From positions 222,419 through 286,418 of the forward strand of contig JAKIWI010000001.1 of NCBI GenBank assembly GCA_022750115.1: DNA of 64,000 nt, written 5' to 3'. Positions 1 to 10,163 of the stretch are shown piece by piece (positions within the stretch are counted from its first letter, which is position 1; every line of letters starts with the position of its first letter). The translations under genes were made by a program, and so were the position numbers. The stretch comes from Thermoplasmata archaeon. Lineage in GTDB: Archaea; Thermoplasmatota; Thermoplasmata; Lutacidiplasmatales; UBA184. The notes beneath the pieces are model-generated. The model saw only the letters and a program-made list of their open reading frames with translations. It made no database searches and had not been told where the DNA came from.

Positions 1-369
1 TGTTCCGCCGGACGTCATGACGACCCGCGAGGCCCCCTGGCGGCGGGCGGCGTCGTACGCGGCCAGGGTCTCCCAGGTGTTCCCCGAATAGCTCGTCAGG
101 ACGACGAGGCTCTCCTTGCCCACGCCGCGCGGGAGCGTGGGGCTGCGTCCGACGGTGAGGAGGAGTGGGGTCTCGATGTCGGTGATCCCACGGACCAGGT
201 CTGCCGCGATCGCCGACCCGCCCATCCCGGCCACGACGGCAATCCGCGCGTTCGCCGGCAGCCGGGCATCGGCGTCGCGGCCGAGTCGGAACCCTTCGCG
301 CAGCTGGTTCGGAAGCTCGACGGCGAGGCCGCGCATGCGGACGGCGCTCACAGACGGCTTCGTCGCCAT
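1..369 (-). CDS. Bifunctional phosphoglucose/phosphomannose isomerase (SIS domain), N-terminal part; runs off the window edge
   Basis: Manual translation from ATG at 369: ...VVAGMGGSAIAADL...LTSYSGNTWET..., the SIS/PGI-PMI signature motifs. Not in the ORF track because it is truncated. Confidence 0.85.
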   Translation of the reverse strand, partial: MATKPSVSAVRMRGLAVELPNQLREGFRLGRDADARLPANARIAVVAGMGGSAIAADLVRGITDIETPLLLTVGRSPTLPRGVGKESLVVLTSYSGNTWETLAAYDAARRQGASRVVMTSGGT

Positions 370-515
370 GGTCCGTGCCGAGACGGCCGGTTATTTGGGC
401 TCACGGGTCGCCCGGTCGTCGTAGCACGTCTCGCTCGCGGAAGGGATTATCTGGCAGGCCCCACCATTCGACGAGTGCTCGTGCACCGGCCGGACCGGAC
501 CGGCGGGCGAAGGGA

Positions 516-2945
516 GTGCTCGGTACGCCCGGCTCGGAAACCCCGCCGGCCCCTCCCGAGCCTCGGCTGTCGACCGGGAATCCGAAGGTCGACCGCATTC
601 TGAACGGCGGGCTGATGCCCCACCGGCCGTACCTGATCGTCGGGCCGGCGGGCACGGGAAAGACCAAGCTCGCGCTCCAGTTCCTGTGCGACGGGGCGCT
701 CCGCGGCGAGAACTGCCTCCTCGTCACGCTCGAGGAACCGCCGAACGAGATCCGCCAGAACCACAAGGGTCTCGCCCCGGGCCTCGACAAAGTGTGGGTC
801 TTCGACGCGATCCCCGACGTGATGCGCTACGAGCGCGCTCCGTTCAAGGACATCGCGGCGGTCCGACACTCGGTACGATTTTCCGATGTGCCGATGGAGA
901 TCCGCAAGACCCCGGAGTTGTCGAGCGTCGAGGTGACGTTCACCGCGCTCGAGCAGACGCTGAAGATGGAGGTCGCGCGGCGGTCCTACTCGCGCCTCGT
1001 GGTCGACAGCCTGACCGCGCTGCAGTACTTCTGCATGAAGGGCGTCGACGAAACGCTCGGCGCCCAGACGTTCCTCCGTTTCCTGTCCGACCTGCGGCTG
1101 ACGACGCTCCTCACCGTCGAGGCGGCGGTCGAGGATGTGGAGACGCCCGAGCGGCTGCTGGCGCGCGGCGAGATCCGGCTGTTCCGCTGGGAGCTCGAAG
1201 GACTCAGCGTACGCGCGATCGGCGTCGAGAAGTACCGCGGAAGTTCGCACGACAATCGCCTCCACCCCTACAAGATCACCTCCCAGGGACTCGAGGTCAA
1301 CCTCGACGCCACGATCAACCGCGACACGCGTCGGGTCGTCGAGCCCGAGGAGATCACCGTCCGGGTTGCCGCACCGACCCCTGCGCCGCCGCCCACGGAT
1401 CTCCTGGAGGGATTGGATGCCGACCTGCGCGACCTCGCCGCCGTCGGGCTGGACCCGGCACCCGCCCGAGTCGAGCTCGCGGCCGCCGGGGTGGCGAAGG
1501 CCGCGGGCGACGCGGACGAGCTCGCGCGTCGGGCCGCCGCGGCGCGGGGCATCGTCGCGCGGATCGCGCAGAATCTTCCGCCCGCCGCGCTGTTGAGCGG
1601 GGACCTCAACGTTCGACGCTCGGCGCACCATGTTCATCAGCTCGGGACGACGCCGCCCGAGCCGCCGCCTCCTCCCTCGCCCACGATGGCAACCGCCCCC
1701 TCCGCGTCGCCGGCTCCCAACGCCGCCCTCTCCGCTCCGGGGATGGAGACGCACGTTGCGACCGGGGGCGCACCCGCCGCGATTCCCCCGAACGAACCGC
1801 CGCCCCTCGCTCCGCCGGTCATCGTGGCGCGGGACGCACCTCCCGGGAGCGGCGCGCCGCCTGTCCCGACTCCGACGCCCGCGGCATCGTCCCCCCCCGC
1901 GGCACCCCCGCCGTCCCCGAGGGTCGACGCACCGGCGCCGGAGTCGCCGGCCGGTGGGGCCGCCCGGCCACCCATCCCCTCCTCGCCTCCGGTGCGCGGA
2001 GGTCAGTCCGGTCGCGGGGAAGGGGGCCGAAGTCAGCCCCCTCCGCCGCCTCCACCACCACCTCCTCCTCCCCCGCCCCCCGGAGCTTCGACCTCCGCCC
2101 CTCCGATGGACACAGTAACCGGGTCCGGCGGGCCGTCGACTCGTGGAGGTCGAACCCCGCCGCCGTTGCCCACGCGTCGGATCACGCCTGAGGCACCAGC
2201 TCCGGCCCAGGCGCCGCCTCCCGCCACTCCCCTCCTCGCCCCGGAGGCCGTCGCACCCGCGCCACCGCCCCCGCCGGCGCCCCCAGTCGAACGCACGATC
2301 CAGCCCCCCGCCCCCCGCGCTCCTCCCCGCGCCTCGTCCGAGCGAACCGCCCCACCCGCGACCCCCGTCCTCCCTCCGCCCCTTTCGGCCCCGGCTCCCG
2401 CGCCGAATCCCCCGACGCCGGCCCCGAGTTTCGCATCGACCGGAGTCCCGGCGGCCGATGCCGCGTCTCCCGCGGGACCTCCGGCCGTCGAGGCCCCCCA
2501 ACCCTCCGGGACGGCCGATGCGAGCGCGCCAGCGGCCAAGCCGAAACGCAAGCGCGCCCCGTCGAAGAAGCGGACCCCCAGCAGCGCGGGCCCGGAGGCG
2601 CCGGCGGCTGCCAGTGGACCCGTCGGGGCATCGGAACTACCCGTGGCAGCTGGCGGGGCCGTCGCGGGCGAGACCGCCGTCGCAACCACTCCCGCGGCCA
2701 CCGTGGAGACTGTCCCGGTTCCTACGCCCGGTCCGACGGAACCGACGCCGGCTCCGGCGCCCCTGGAACCGGTCGCCGCTCCGAAACCGAAGCGCCGTGC
2801 CCCTCGCCGTCGGAAAGCGTCCCCCGTCACCTCGGCCGAGGCCGGCTCCCCTCCGGACCAACCAACCGCCGTAACCGCGTCGGCGTCGAACGCCACGCCC
2901 GAGGAACCGACCCAGGCCCCCAAGTCCGAAGCGAAGGAGGGCTAA
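516..2945 (+). CDS. KaiC/RAD55-like RecA-superfamily ATPase with a very long Pro/Ala-rich disordered C-terminal tail
   Basis: LSTGNPKVDRILNGGL, Walker A GPAGTGKT, TLEE, Walker B VVDSLT, EKYRGS. GTG start at 516 chosen after an AGGGA purine run (ORF open from 375), so the start is uncertain. Confidence 0.85.
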   Translation: MLGTPGSETPPAPPEPRLSTGNPKVDRILNGGLMPHRPYLIVGPAGTGKTKLALQFLCDGALRGENCLLVTLEEPPNEIRQNHKGLAPGLDKVWVFDAIPDVMRYERAPFKDIAAVRHSVRFSDVPMEIRKTPELSSVEVTFTALEQTLKMEVARRSYSRLVVDSLTALQYFCMKGVDETLGAQTFLRFLSDLRLTTLLTVEAAVEDVETPERLLARGEIRLFRWELEGLSVRAIGVEKYRGSSHDNRLHPYKITSQGLEVNLDATINRDTRRVVEPEEITVRVAAPTPAPPPTDLLEGLDADLRDLAAVGLDPAPARVELAAAGVAKAAGDADELARRAAAARGIVARIAQNLPPAALLSGDLNVRRSAHHVHQLGTTPPEPPPPPSPTMATAPSASPAPNAALSAPGMETHVATGGAPAAIPPNEPPPLAPPVIVARDAPPGSGAPPVPTPTPAASSPPAAPPPSPRVDAPAPESPAGGAARPPIPSSPPVRGGQSGRGEGGRSQPPPPPPPPPPPPPPPGASTSAPPMDTVTGSGGPSTRGGRTPPPLPTRRITPEAPAPAQAPPPATPLLAPEAVAPAPPPPPAPPVERTIQPPAPRAPPRASSERTAPPATPVLPPPLSAPAPAPNPPTPAPSFASTGVPAADAASPAGPPAVEAPQPSGTADASAPAAKPKRKRAPSKKRTPSSAGPEAPAAASGPVGASELPVAAGGAVAGETAVATTPAATVETVPVPTPGPTEPTPAPAPLEPVAAPKPKRRAPRRRKASPVTSAEAGSPPDQPTAVTASASNATPEEPTQAPKSEAKEG
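2037..2081 (+). repeat. Poly-proline coding tract (15 consecutive CCN codons)
   Basis: ccc cct ccg ccg cct cca cca cca cct cct cct ccc ccg ccc ccc, in frame with the KaiC-like ORF. Confidence 0.9.
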
Positions 2946-2951
2946 GCCCGC

Positions 2952-3722
2952 ATGGTCGCCGAAGGCCGAATTTCGACGGGAATTCCGGGACTCGACCGGA
3001 TGCTCGGCGGTGGTCTCATGTCCGGCCGGCCGTACTTGGTCACCGGAGGGACGGGGAGCGGCAAGTCCCTCCTCGCGCTCTCGTTCCTTCTCGAGGGGCT
3101 CCGCGAGGGGGAAGAGGTCCTGTTGGTCGCCGTGGACGAGCCGCCCAACGAGATCCTCGAGAACGTCCGCGCCTTCGGATGGGACCTCTCCTCGATCCGG
3201 ACGCTCGACGCGAACCCGGGAACCCGCGCGATCAAGCGGATGTCGGACGTCCAGGAGATCCGGGCGCTTTCGGACCTCAAGACGATGCGGGACATCTCGA
3301 GCGAAACCCGCCGGACCGGCGACTCCGACGACATCTCGATCCAGTCGATCCACCTGAAGCTGCGTCAGCAGATGGGCGGGATTCACTTCAAGCGCGTCGT
3401 CGTCGACTCGCTCACTTCGATCCGCCGCTTCGCGATGAAGGCGTCCGAGCGAGGGGACATCCAGCCGGAGCGGACCGAGATCCAATCGCTCCTCCGCTTC
3501 CTGAGCGAATCCGAGGTGACGACCCTCATCACCGGGACCCCCGCCGACCCGATGGTGCTCTCCCCGGAGGAGATTCTGACGCGGGGGGAGATCTTGGTCA
3601 CCCGCAAGTGGGTTGGGGACCGGTCCATCCGGCAGATCAAGATCGTGCGGATGCGCGGCTCGGCCCACGACCCCGAGCGGCGACCGTTCGCGATCACCCC
3701 GCAGGGGTTCGTCGTCGGCTGA
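2952..3722 (+). CDS. KaiC/RAD55-like ATPase, single domain (paralogue of the upstream gene)
   Basis: [43 protein letters not shown] Shine-Dalgarno (SD) sequence upstream. Confidence 0.9.
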   Translation: MVAEGRISTGIPGLDRMLGGGLMSGRPYLVTGGTGSGKSLLALSFLLEGLREGEEVLLVAVDEPPNEILENVRAFGWDLSSIRTLDANPGTRAIKRMSDVQEIRALSDLKTMRDISSETRRTGDSDDISIQSIHLKLRQQMGGIHFKRVVVDSLTSIRRFAMKASERGDIQPERTEIQSLLRFLSESEVTTLITGTPADPMVLSPEEILTRGEILVTRKWVGDRSIRQIKIVRMRGSAHDPERRPFAITPQGFVVG

Positions 3723-3808
3723 TCCATCCCGCCGGCGCGCGAGCCGAGTTGGCATCGCGAACGACGGAATAGGTGGGCCATGGCGGAATACGGCCGCCGT
3801 GTATCGGC

Positions 3809-3828
3809 CCGGGGTTTATAACCCCCGG
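3809..3828 (+). promoter_or_regulatory. TATA box (TTTATAA, 3815-3821) inside an imperfect inverted repeat
   Basis: CCGGGGTT-TAT-AACCCCCGG, about 25 nt upstream of the GTG at 3846, which fits a leaderless transcript. Confidence 0.6.
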
Positions 3829-3845
3829 AATCAGAACGCCCGTTC

Positions 3846-6800
3846 GTGGCGTCCCCCCTCCCGGCCTACGCACGACGACTCGATCGAACGCTCGCCCGTG
3901 CCGAATCGGGCCGCTGGGGCCGGCACACTCCTTCGCCGATGGTCGCGGTTCTCTCGGTCTTGACGATCCTCGGTATGTCCTCTCTTCTGGGTGGTGCGAT
4001 GGCGCCGAGCAATTCGAGCGCGACGCATGCTTCGCCCGGGCGGGTTGCTCCAACTGCAACGGCTGCGCCACTGTCGGCCGCCTCCGCGTCCCTGGGCGCG
4101 ATCGGGGGCCCACTCCCGCACGTCCCGTGGACTTGCCCCGCTTCGGCTGCGAGCACTCTCCACTGCTCGGCACCCGCCGCCCCGGCCCGACCTGCGGCGA
4201 ACGTGACCGGCGGCTGGATCGCGGGCCCCACTCCTCCCGCCCGCGGACTGCTGGTCTACGACGCGAAAGACGGCTATGACCTCTTGATGGCCGAGGCGCC
4301 GTCCTCGAATCCGCTCGCGTACTACGGCGGCGTCGCGTCGTACTTCTCGTACTCGAACGGGACGTGGTCGACGTTGACCCTGGTGGGCGGGCCGGCGTTC
4401 TGCGGGGCCGGCGCACTCGCCTACGACTCGTCGGATCAGGTCGTCGTGTTCTGGGGCAACGCGCTCTGCCGCAGCGCGGGGGACACCTGGACCTACCAGG
4501 GGGGCGCTTGGACGAACGTCACGGGCGCCTCCGCTCCCCCGGTGGCGATCGGTGCCAACGTCGCGAACGACCCGTCCGTGCTCGGCCTGCTCTACTTCGG
4601 CGGCTGCTGCGCGAACGGGACGGGAGGCTGGACGTGGAGCTACTCGGCCCGGACCTGGACCAACCGGTCCTCCTCGGTGAGCGCGGAGCCCACGGCGGAC
4701 TCGTACGGAGCGATGTCGTACGACTCGACGGACCGCGGTGTGGTCCTTGTCGAGGGTCCGACGGCCTCCTCGTTCTCCACGAGCTACCATACCTGGTTCT
4801 TCAACGGCTCGTGGTCCGCCGAACCGACCGCACCGGTCCCGAGCACCAACGGACGGATCGCGCCGGGTCTGGCGGACGACCCCACGGACCACTACGTCGT
4901 GCTCGTTCCATCTTGGAACGGGACGGTGAACCGGACCGGTCCCTCGTTCCACTACGCGAACGGCACGTGGTCGAAAGGCCCGCTTCAGACCGGCCTCTCG
5001 GAGTCCCTCTACCCCGCGCTCGACTACGACCCGAGCGCGAAGGTGGCGGGGGACCTGCTCCTGGAACCCACGGTCGGTGGCGCGATCCAAGGCGCGACCA
5101 CGACCTGGCTCTACCACGGGGGGAACTGGACGAACCTGACGGGGGCGACGAACGGCCCCGGAGCGCGGGCCGAGATCGCGATGACCTACGATGCCGCCGA
5201 CGGCTACGTCCTCGCCTTTGGAGGGTGCGCCTGCCAGCCGAATGTCAACGTCTCGGGCGCGAAATCGGACACCTGGAAGTTCTCCAAGGGGAATTGGACC
5301 CAACTCCCCACGAACGCGAGCCCCTCGGCGCGAACTCTGGCGGGGCTCGTGTACGATGCGGCGGACGGCTACGTCCTGTTGTTCGGGGGGCTCGGCCCCT
5401 CCGGTTCGCTCAACGACACCTGGGAGTTCAACGCCGCCCAGGGCAACTGGACGCCGATCACACCGGTTACGGCGCCGCCGTGGTACCAAGGCGAGACGAT
5501 GGCGTACGACGGCTCCGATAGCTACGTCGTCCTTCTCACGGGCGGGATCCCCGCGTCCACCTGGACGTACCACGCCGGCGTCTGGACCAACCTCACCGCG
5601 CTCGGCGACCGGTCGATCGATGGTGCGCCCGCGAACCCGATCGTCTTCAACGGCCCGCTCGCGCACGTTGTCCTGTTCGGTACCGCGCACGCGCAATCGG
5701 GCTATTCGCCGTACCTCCTGGCGGACACGTGGTGGTTCCACGGCGGGAACTGGACGAACCTCACCGCGACCGCCAAATCACCGCCGCCCGCGCGCTCCGG
5801 CGCATCGATGGCGGACTTCGCGTCCGGCGGCGCCTTCGTGTTGCTCTACGGCGGTTCGCAATCGTTCGACGGTCTCTCGGCGCCGCTCAACGACACGTGG
5901 GAGTTCAACGGGAGTTGGACGAAGCTCTCCCCAGCGGTCTCCCCGGGCAACCGCTCGGACATGTCCGGCACGTTCGACGCCGCCGACCAGCTCGACGTGT
6001 TCTACGGCGGCTGGTACGGCCAGTTCTCCCCGGCCCCGCTCGCGTGCTCCGTGAACGGGCCGTGCGGGGATACCTGGTACTGGTCCGGAGGCTCGTCGAG
6101 CACGCCGCTCGTCCAGGCGTTCACCGCGTCGCCGTCCCCAGTGGACCTCGGCTCGACCACCCACCTCGCCGTGTCGGTGATCGGCGGAACGCCCCCGTTC
6201 TCGTACAACTACACCAATCTCCCGACGGGTTGCGCGAGCGCGAACAACGGGAAATTGAACTGCACCGCGACCGTCACCGGGTCCTGGACCGTTTCCGTGG
6301 TCGCCACCGACTCGGGTGGCCACGCCGCGTCGGCACGCGTGCTGGTGGTGGTCAACGCCGCGCTCGCGCTCTCGGGGTTCACCGCGACCCCCTCCCCGGC
6401 GATTGTCTCGGTCCGGTCGCTCCTGACCGTTCAGCTGTCCCACGGGACGGCGCCGTTCTCGTACGCCTACTCGGGGCTCCCGACCGGGTGTGCGACCCAA
6501 GATGTCCCGACGTTGCCCTGCACTCCGAGCGGCGTCGGCAACTTCTCGGTGGGCGTCTCCGTTCAGGACGGAGGCGGCGGCGCCGTGACGGGCTCGTTGA
6601 ACCTCTCGGTCGCCGATGCCGGATTGATCTACGGGCTCGGGTTCTCCAGCTACTCGATCTCGCCGTCCACGGTGGTCCTCGGAAACGCGAGCACGATCTC
6701 GATCAACGCCAGCTCGCCGAACGGACCGATCACCTACGCCTACGGGAACCTTCCACCGGGGTGCAGCTCCTCGAACGCGTCCAGCATCTCTTGCCTGGCG

Positions 6801-7670
6801 ACGAAGGCGGGGACGTACGACGTGACGATCTCCCTGCGGGACACCGCCGGGGGCTTCCTGCAGGTCTCCGGGAACCTCACGGTCAATCCCGTCGGGGGGA
6901 GCGGGGGAACCGGTCTCGTCATCTCCGGGTTCGGCGCCGCCTCGGGTCCGGCCACCGTCGGTTCGACCGTCGTCCTTTCGGTTCTCGCCAGCGGAGGGAG
7001 CGGCCCGCTCACCTACCGATACACGTCCCTGCCGACGGGCTGTGCCTCGGCCAACACCTCGGCCCTTCCGTGCGACCCGTCGTCGCCCGGACTCTACCCC
7101 CTGCGCGTCGTCGTGTCGGACGCGGCCTCGCACGTCGAGGGCGCCGTCGGCATGCTCCTCGTGATCGACGCGAGCGGACCGGCGCCCGCCGTCTCGGCGT
7201 TTTTCGCGACGTCCCCGACGGTCACGGTCCCCAACTCGACGGTGTTCATCGTCGAAGTCCGGGGCGTGCTTCCGCTGTCGTTCGTGTACGCGGGCCTCCC
7301 GGCGAGTTGCGAAAGCGCCAACGTGAGCGTACTCAATTGCACGCCGATCGCGACCGGGATGTTCACCGTCACCGTCCACGTAACGGACCATATCGGTCGG
7401 ACGACCTCGGCCTCGACGTCGCTCGTCGTGCAGAGTCCGAACGTCATCTTGCCGATTGGAGGGGTGCACGTCAAGCCAGCGGCTTCGCTCTGGAGCGAGA
7501 TTCCCTTGTACGGGTACGCAGCGTTCGCGGGAGCGATCGTCCTGACGGCCCTGCTGGGCGCGCTTTACCGGGCCGAGCGGAGGACCCGGGCGGAGGGCGA
7601 GGCGATCGTCCGGGAGCTGAATCGACGAGCGGACGAGGTTCCGCCGAGCGAGGAATCGAGAAAGCCGTGA
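3846..7670 (+). CDS. Large surface protein: signal peptide, kelch-like beta-propeller repeats, about 5 Cys-containing Ig/PKD-like repeats, C-terminal TM anchor and cytoplasmic tail
   Basis: Repeated (M)xYDAADGYVLLFGG...DTWxF units, repeated GGxxPxxYxYxxLPxGCxxxNxxxLxC units, and TM YGYAAFAGAIVLTALLGALY. Confidence 0.85.
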   Translation: MASPLPAYARRLDRTLARAESGRWGRHTPSPMVAVLSVLTILGMSSLLGGAMAPSNSSATHASPGRVAPTATAAPLSAASASLGAIGGPLPHVPWTCPASAASTLHCSAPAAPARPAANVTGGWIAGPTPPARGLLVYDAKDGYDLLMAEAPSSNPLAYYGGVASYFSYSNGTWSTLTLVGGPAFCGAGALAYDSSDQVVVFWGNALCRSAGDTWTYQGGAWTNVTGASAPPVAIGANVANDPSVLGLLYFGGCCANGTGGWTWSYSARTWTNRSSSVSAEPTADSYGAMSYDSTDRGVVLVEGPTASSFSTSYHTWFFNGSWSAEPTAPVPSTNGRIAPGLADDPTDHYVVLVPSWNGTVNRTGPSFHYANGTWSKGPLQTGLSESLYPALDYDPSAKVAGDLLLEPTVGGAIQGATTTWLYHGGNWTNLTGATNGPGARAEIAMTYDAADGYVLAFGGCACQPNVNVSGAKSDTWKFSKGNWTQLPTNASPSARTLAGLVYDAADGYVLLFGGLGPSGSLNDTWEFNAAQGNWTPITPVTAPPWYQGETMAYDGSDSYVVLLTGGIPASTWTYHAGVWTNLTALGDRSIDGAPANPIVFNGPLAHVVLFGTAHAQSGYSPYLLADTWWFHGGNWTNLTATAKSPPPARSGASMADFASGGAFVLLYGGSQSFDGLSAPLNDTWEFNGSWTKLSPAVSPGNRSDMSGTFDAADQLDVFYGGWYGQFSPAPLACSVNGPCGDTWYWSGGSSSTPLVQAFTASPSPVDLGSTTHLAVSVIGGTPPFSYNYTNLPTGCASANNGKLNCTATVTGSWTVSVVATDSGGHAASARVLVVVNAALALSGFTATPSPAIVSVRSLLTVQLSHGTAPFSYAYSGLPTGCATQDVPTLPCTPSGVGNFSVGVSVQDGGGGAVTGSLNLSVADAGLIYGLGFSSYSISPSTVVLGNASTISINASSPNGPITYAYGNLPPGCSSSNASSISCLATKAGTYDVTISLRDTAGGFLQVSGNLTVNPVGGSGGTGLVISGFGAASGPATVGSTVVLSVLASGGSGPLTYRYTSLPTGCASANTSALPCDPSSPGLYPLRVVVSDAASHVEGAVGMLLVIDASGPAPAVSAFFATSPTVTVPNSTVFIVEVRGVLPLSFVYAGLPASCESANVSVLNCTPIATGMFTVTVHVTDHIGRTTSASTSLVVQSPNVILPIGGVHVKPAASLWSEIPLYGYAAFAGAIVLTALLGALYRAERRTRAEGEAIVRELNRRADEVPPSEESRKP

Positions 7671-7713
7671 GCCGCCTCCCTCAGGCCGCATTTGGGTAGG
7701 GGAGTGGGTCGCG

Positions 7714-8283
7714 CTGATCCTCTGGGAGTTCGTGGCCGGCGTGGCCGTCGGAGCCGCGGCCGTGGCCGGCCTTTGGCTGATCGTCCGACACCTTCGGCCG
7801 GCGCCCCGCCCGACCCCCGCCCTCGAGCCGGAGGACCCCAGCGCTGCGCGAACCGAGGATGCGGTGCCCCGCGTGGAGGTCGTCCGGCCCCCCGTGCCCT
7901 CGGCGCGGGAGCCGACCGGGGGGTCCGATGACGCGCCGCCCGAGGAGCGGCTCCGTACGTCGCAGCGGGTGATCCTGCAGGTGATGGCGCAGGGGCGACT
8001 CGCGCCGGGCGAAGTCGCGCCGTTCGGGCTCTCGCAGGCCGGAATGGGCGAGGCGCTGCACCTCACGCAGAGTTCTCTTGCGAAGACGCTCGGGCGACTC
8101 GTCGCGGCCGGCGTTCTCACGGTCGGCCGTCGCCACGTGGAGCACCAGGACCGCCGTTTGAAGGTCTACGAGTTGACCCCGCTCGGCGAATCGTTGGCCC
8201 GTGACCTTCGCCACCGGTCCGTCCGCGCGTCGTTGGCTCCCCCGGACCGTCGGCCGCCTCGGCCGATGGAGTTCGGTCGCTGA
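7714..8283 (+). CDS. Membrane-anchored winged-helix (MarR-like) DNA-binding protein
   Basis: N-terminal hydrophobic helix (LILWEFVAGVAVGAAAVAGLWLIV), Pro-rich linker, then wHTH SQRVILQ..LSQAGMGEALHLTQSSLAKTLGRLVAAGVL..RRLKVYELTPLG. Start is either CTG 7714 (after GGGGAG) or GTG 7732. Confidence 0.8.
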   Translation: MILWEFVAGVAVGAAAVAGLWLIVRHLRPAPRPTPALEPEDPSAARTEDAVPRVEVVRPPVPSAREPTGGSDDAPPEERLRTSQRVILQVMAQGRLAPGEVAPFGLSQAGMGEALHLTQSSLAKTLGRLVAAGVLTVGRRHVEHQDRRLKVYELTPLGESLARDLRHRSVRASLAPPDRRPPRPMEFGR

Positions 8284-8397
8284 TCCGCCCGAACCGCGCG
8301 AACGGGGGCCCGCCCACGCTCGATCCTACCTCGGAGTTTCGCCGGCGGTGCGCCACCCGTCTCGGTAGGTCTATCTAGCACGAACGAGTCACCGAAA

Positions 8398-8988
8398 ATG
8401 GAGTCCGTCCGTATGAGAATGGGTATCGTGGTAGTGGGGATCGTCTTGCTGGTGATCGGGGCCGTCCTGCTGTTCGTCCCTCTCGTGCCGCAGCCCGATC
8501 AAACGGTCAAGTCGAACTCGTCGCTCCCCTTCGACCTCTTCAGCGTGTCCGGGTTCTCGGTGACGGGCAGCATCCCCGTCGCCGTCTCCTGGACTTCCAA
8601 CGGAACGGTCACTGTCGTCGCGGCGGCTGGCTCGAGCGAGGCCCAGTACACGGGCGCCTCCGGCGGCGTGTCCGGGCTCGTCACACAGACCGGGACGAGC
8701 GGCTCGTTCTCGCTGAATCAACCCGATGGCGGCGAAGTTGTGTTGGGCGTGCTCAGCGGAAGCGCGTTCGGTGGCTCCAGCTCCAATGCCACCGTCGCGT
8801 TCCACGTGACCGTCGCCCAGACTACGGTCGGATCGCTCCTCCTGATCGTGGGGATCGTGATCCTCATCGTCGGCATCGTGCTCAAGTCGAAGTCGGCGAA
8901 GATGGCGGCCCCGGCCGCAAACCAGTGGACGCCACCCCCGTCCCCACCCGCGTCGGGTGACATGCCCCCGACGCCTCCGTCCTCGTAG
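8398..8988 (+). CDS. Hypothetical membrane protein (TM, small beta-rich ectodomain, TM, Pro-rich tail)
   Basis: Two strongly hydrophobic segments flank a Ser/Gly-rich beta region. Confidence 0.75.
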   Translation: MESVRMRMGIVVVGIVLLVIGAVLLFVPLVPQPDQTVKSNSSLPFDLFSVSGFSVTGSIPVAVSWTSNGTVTVVAAAGSSEAQYTGASGGVSGLVTQTGTSGSFSLNQPDGGEVVLGVLSGSAFGGSSSNATVAFHVTVAQTTVGSLLLIVGIVILIVGIVLKSKSAKMAAPAANQWTPPPSPPASGDMPPTPPSS

Positions 8989-9049
8989 GCCGGAACCCCC
9001 GCCGCACGGCCCCCTTGGGCCGTGCGGCCCCCTCTGCCTTCGACCGGAG

Positions 9050-10087
9050 CTACCGCTCGGCCGCGCCGGGAAACGCCCCTCGGTACATCGCGAGGTGCGA
9101 CTCGACGACGGCGGGCCATCCGAACCGCTGTTCGGCGGAGGCCCGGGCGGCGAGCGCCATCGGCTGACGCACCGACGGATCGCTCAGCTCGCGCAATCGG
9201 GCGGCCAGGAATCGGCGGATCGCCTCGTCGTCGGCCGTTCCCGCCGCGGCCCACCCGGTGACGCCGGACTCGACGAGTCCCGCGATGGGCTCGGCCCCCA
9301 GCACGGGCAGCGACGCCGAAAGGCCCTGCAGGACCGCGCCGGCCAGCACCTCGACGCGGCTCGGATGCAGCAGCACGTCGGCGCGCGCGTACTCGCGGCG
9401 GAGTTCGTCGTCCGTGAGCTCGCCGAGGACTTCGACTTCGGGGTTGGCCGCCCGCACCCGTTCGAGGTAGCGCGCGTCGGGAGTGGGTCCCACCAATCGG
9501 AACGACCACCCCGCGTCGCGCGCCGCCGCCGCGGCGAGCTCCCAGCGCTTGAGGGGGGCAACGACCCCGACCCCCAGGGCGCCCCGCCCGCTGCGAGCGG
9601 CGGGGTCCGACCGAAACCGGTCGGTGTCCACTCCGATCGGGATCACACGCAACCGCGACTCCACGGGCGGTACCGAGCGGGCGATCTCCGCCCGGAGTCG
9701 TTCGGTCAGGGCGACCGTCGCCCGAGCCCGGGCGACCGCGCGGCGCTCCAGCCAGAAGCCGAATCGCTGCCGAGCCCCGACGCGCTCGAACCAGTGCCGC
9801 GAATGGGAGGTGAAGACGAACGGTATCCCCGCCATCGCGAGACGGTTCGCGACCGCAGGCGTACTCGCGTGGACCGCCTCGGCCCCGACGGCCCGGACGA
9901 GAGCCGGGAGGGTGAGCGCGAATAGGTACTCATCGACCGAGCGGCCGTGCCGCACCCGGTTGATCACGACCGGATCGTGGCCCGCGGCCCGGAGGGCGCT
10001 TGCGAACTCGGCGATCGTCCGCTCGACACCGCCGTAGCCGACAGGGGGGATCGCCTGGACGCCCGTTCCGACGAGGGCGATGCGCAC
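9050..10087 (-). CDS. Glycosyltransferase family 4 (GT-B)
   Basis: MRIAL..PPVGYGGVER, IPIGVDTDRF, ADVLLHPSRVE. TTTATC box about 23 nt upstream on the minus strand. Confidence 0.9.
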   Translation of the reverse strand: MRIALVGTGVQAIPPVGYGGVERTIAEFASALRAAGHDPVVINRVRHGRSVDEYLFALTLPALVRAVGAEAVHASTPAVANRLAMAGIPFVFTSHSRHWFERVGARQRFGFWLERRAVARARATVALTERLRAEIARSVPPVESRLRVIPIGVDTDRFRSDPAARSGRGALGVGVVAPLKRWELAAAAARDAGWSFRLVGPTPDARYLERVRAANPEVEVLGELTDDELRREYARADVLLHPSRVEVLAGAVLQGLSASLPVLGAEPIAGLVESGVTGWAAAGTADDEAIRRFLAARLRELSDPSVRQPMALAARASAEQRFGWPAVVESHLAMYRGAFPGAAER

Positions 10088-10163
10088 GAGCGGGTCATCG
10101 CGGGCCGGAGATAAACTCCACGATGGGGAGAAGCGTCATACCCATGCCCGAACGTCGGAGGGC

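Noticed and set aside
516-3722. Circadian clock (kaiABC)
   Set aside because: These are single-domain RAD55-like proteins with no kaiA or kaiB nearby and no ST phosphosite pair.
4200-6100. Recurring DNA motifs (tacgacgc..gacggctacgtc, gacacctgg) that could suggest a CRISPR-like array
   Set aside because: They are degenerate, in frame and explained by kelch protein repeats. There are no identical repeats with unique spacers and no cas genes.
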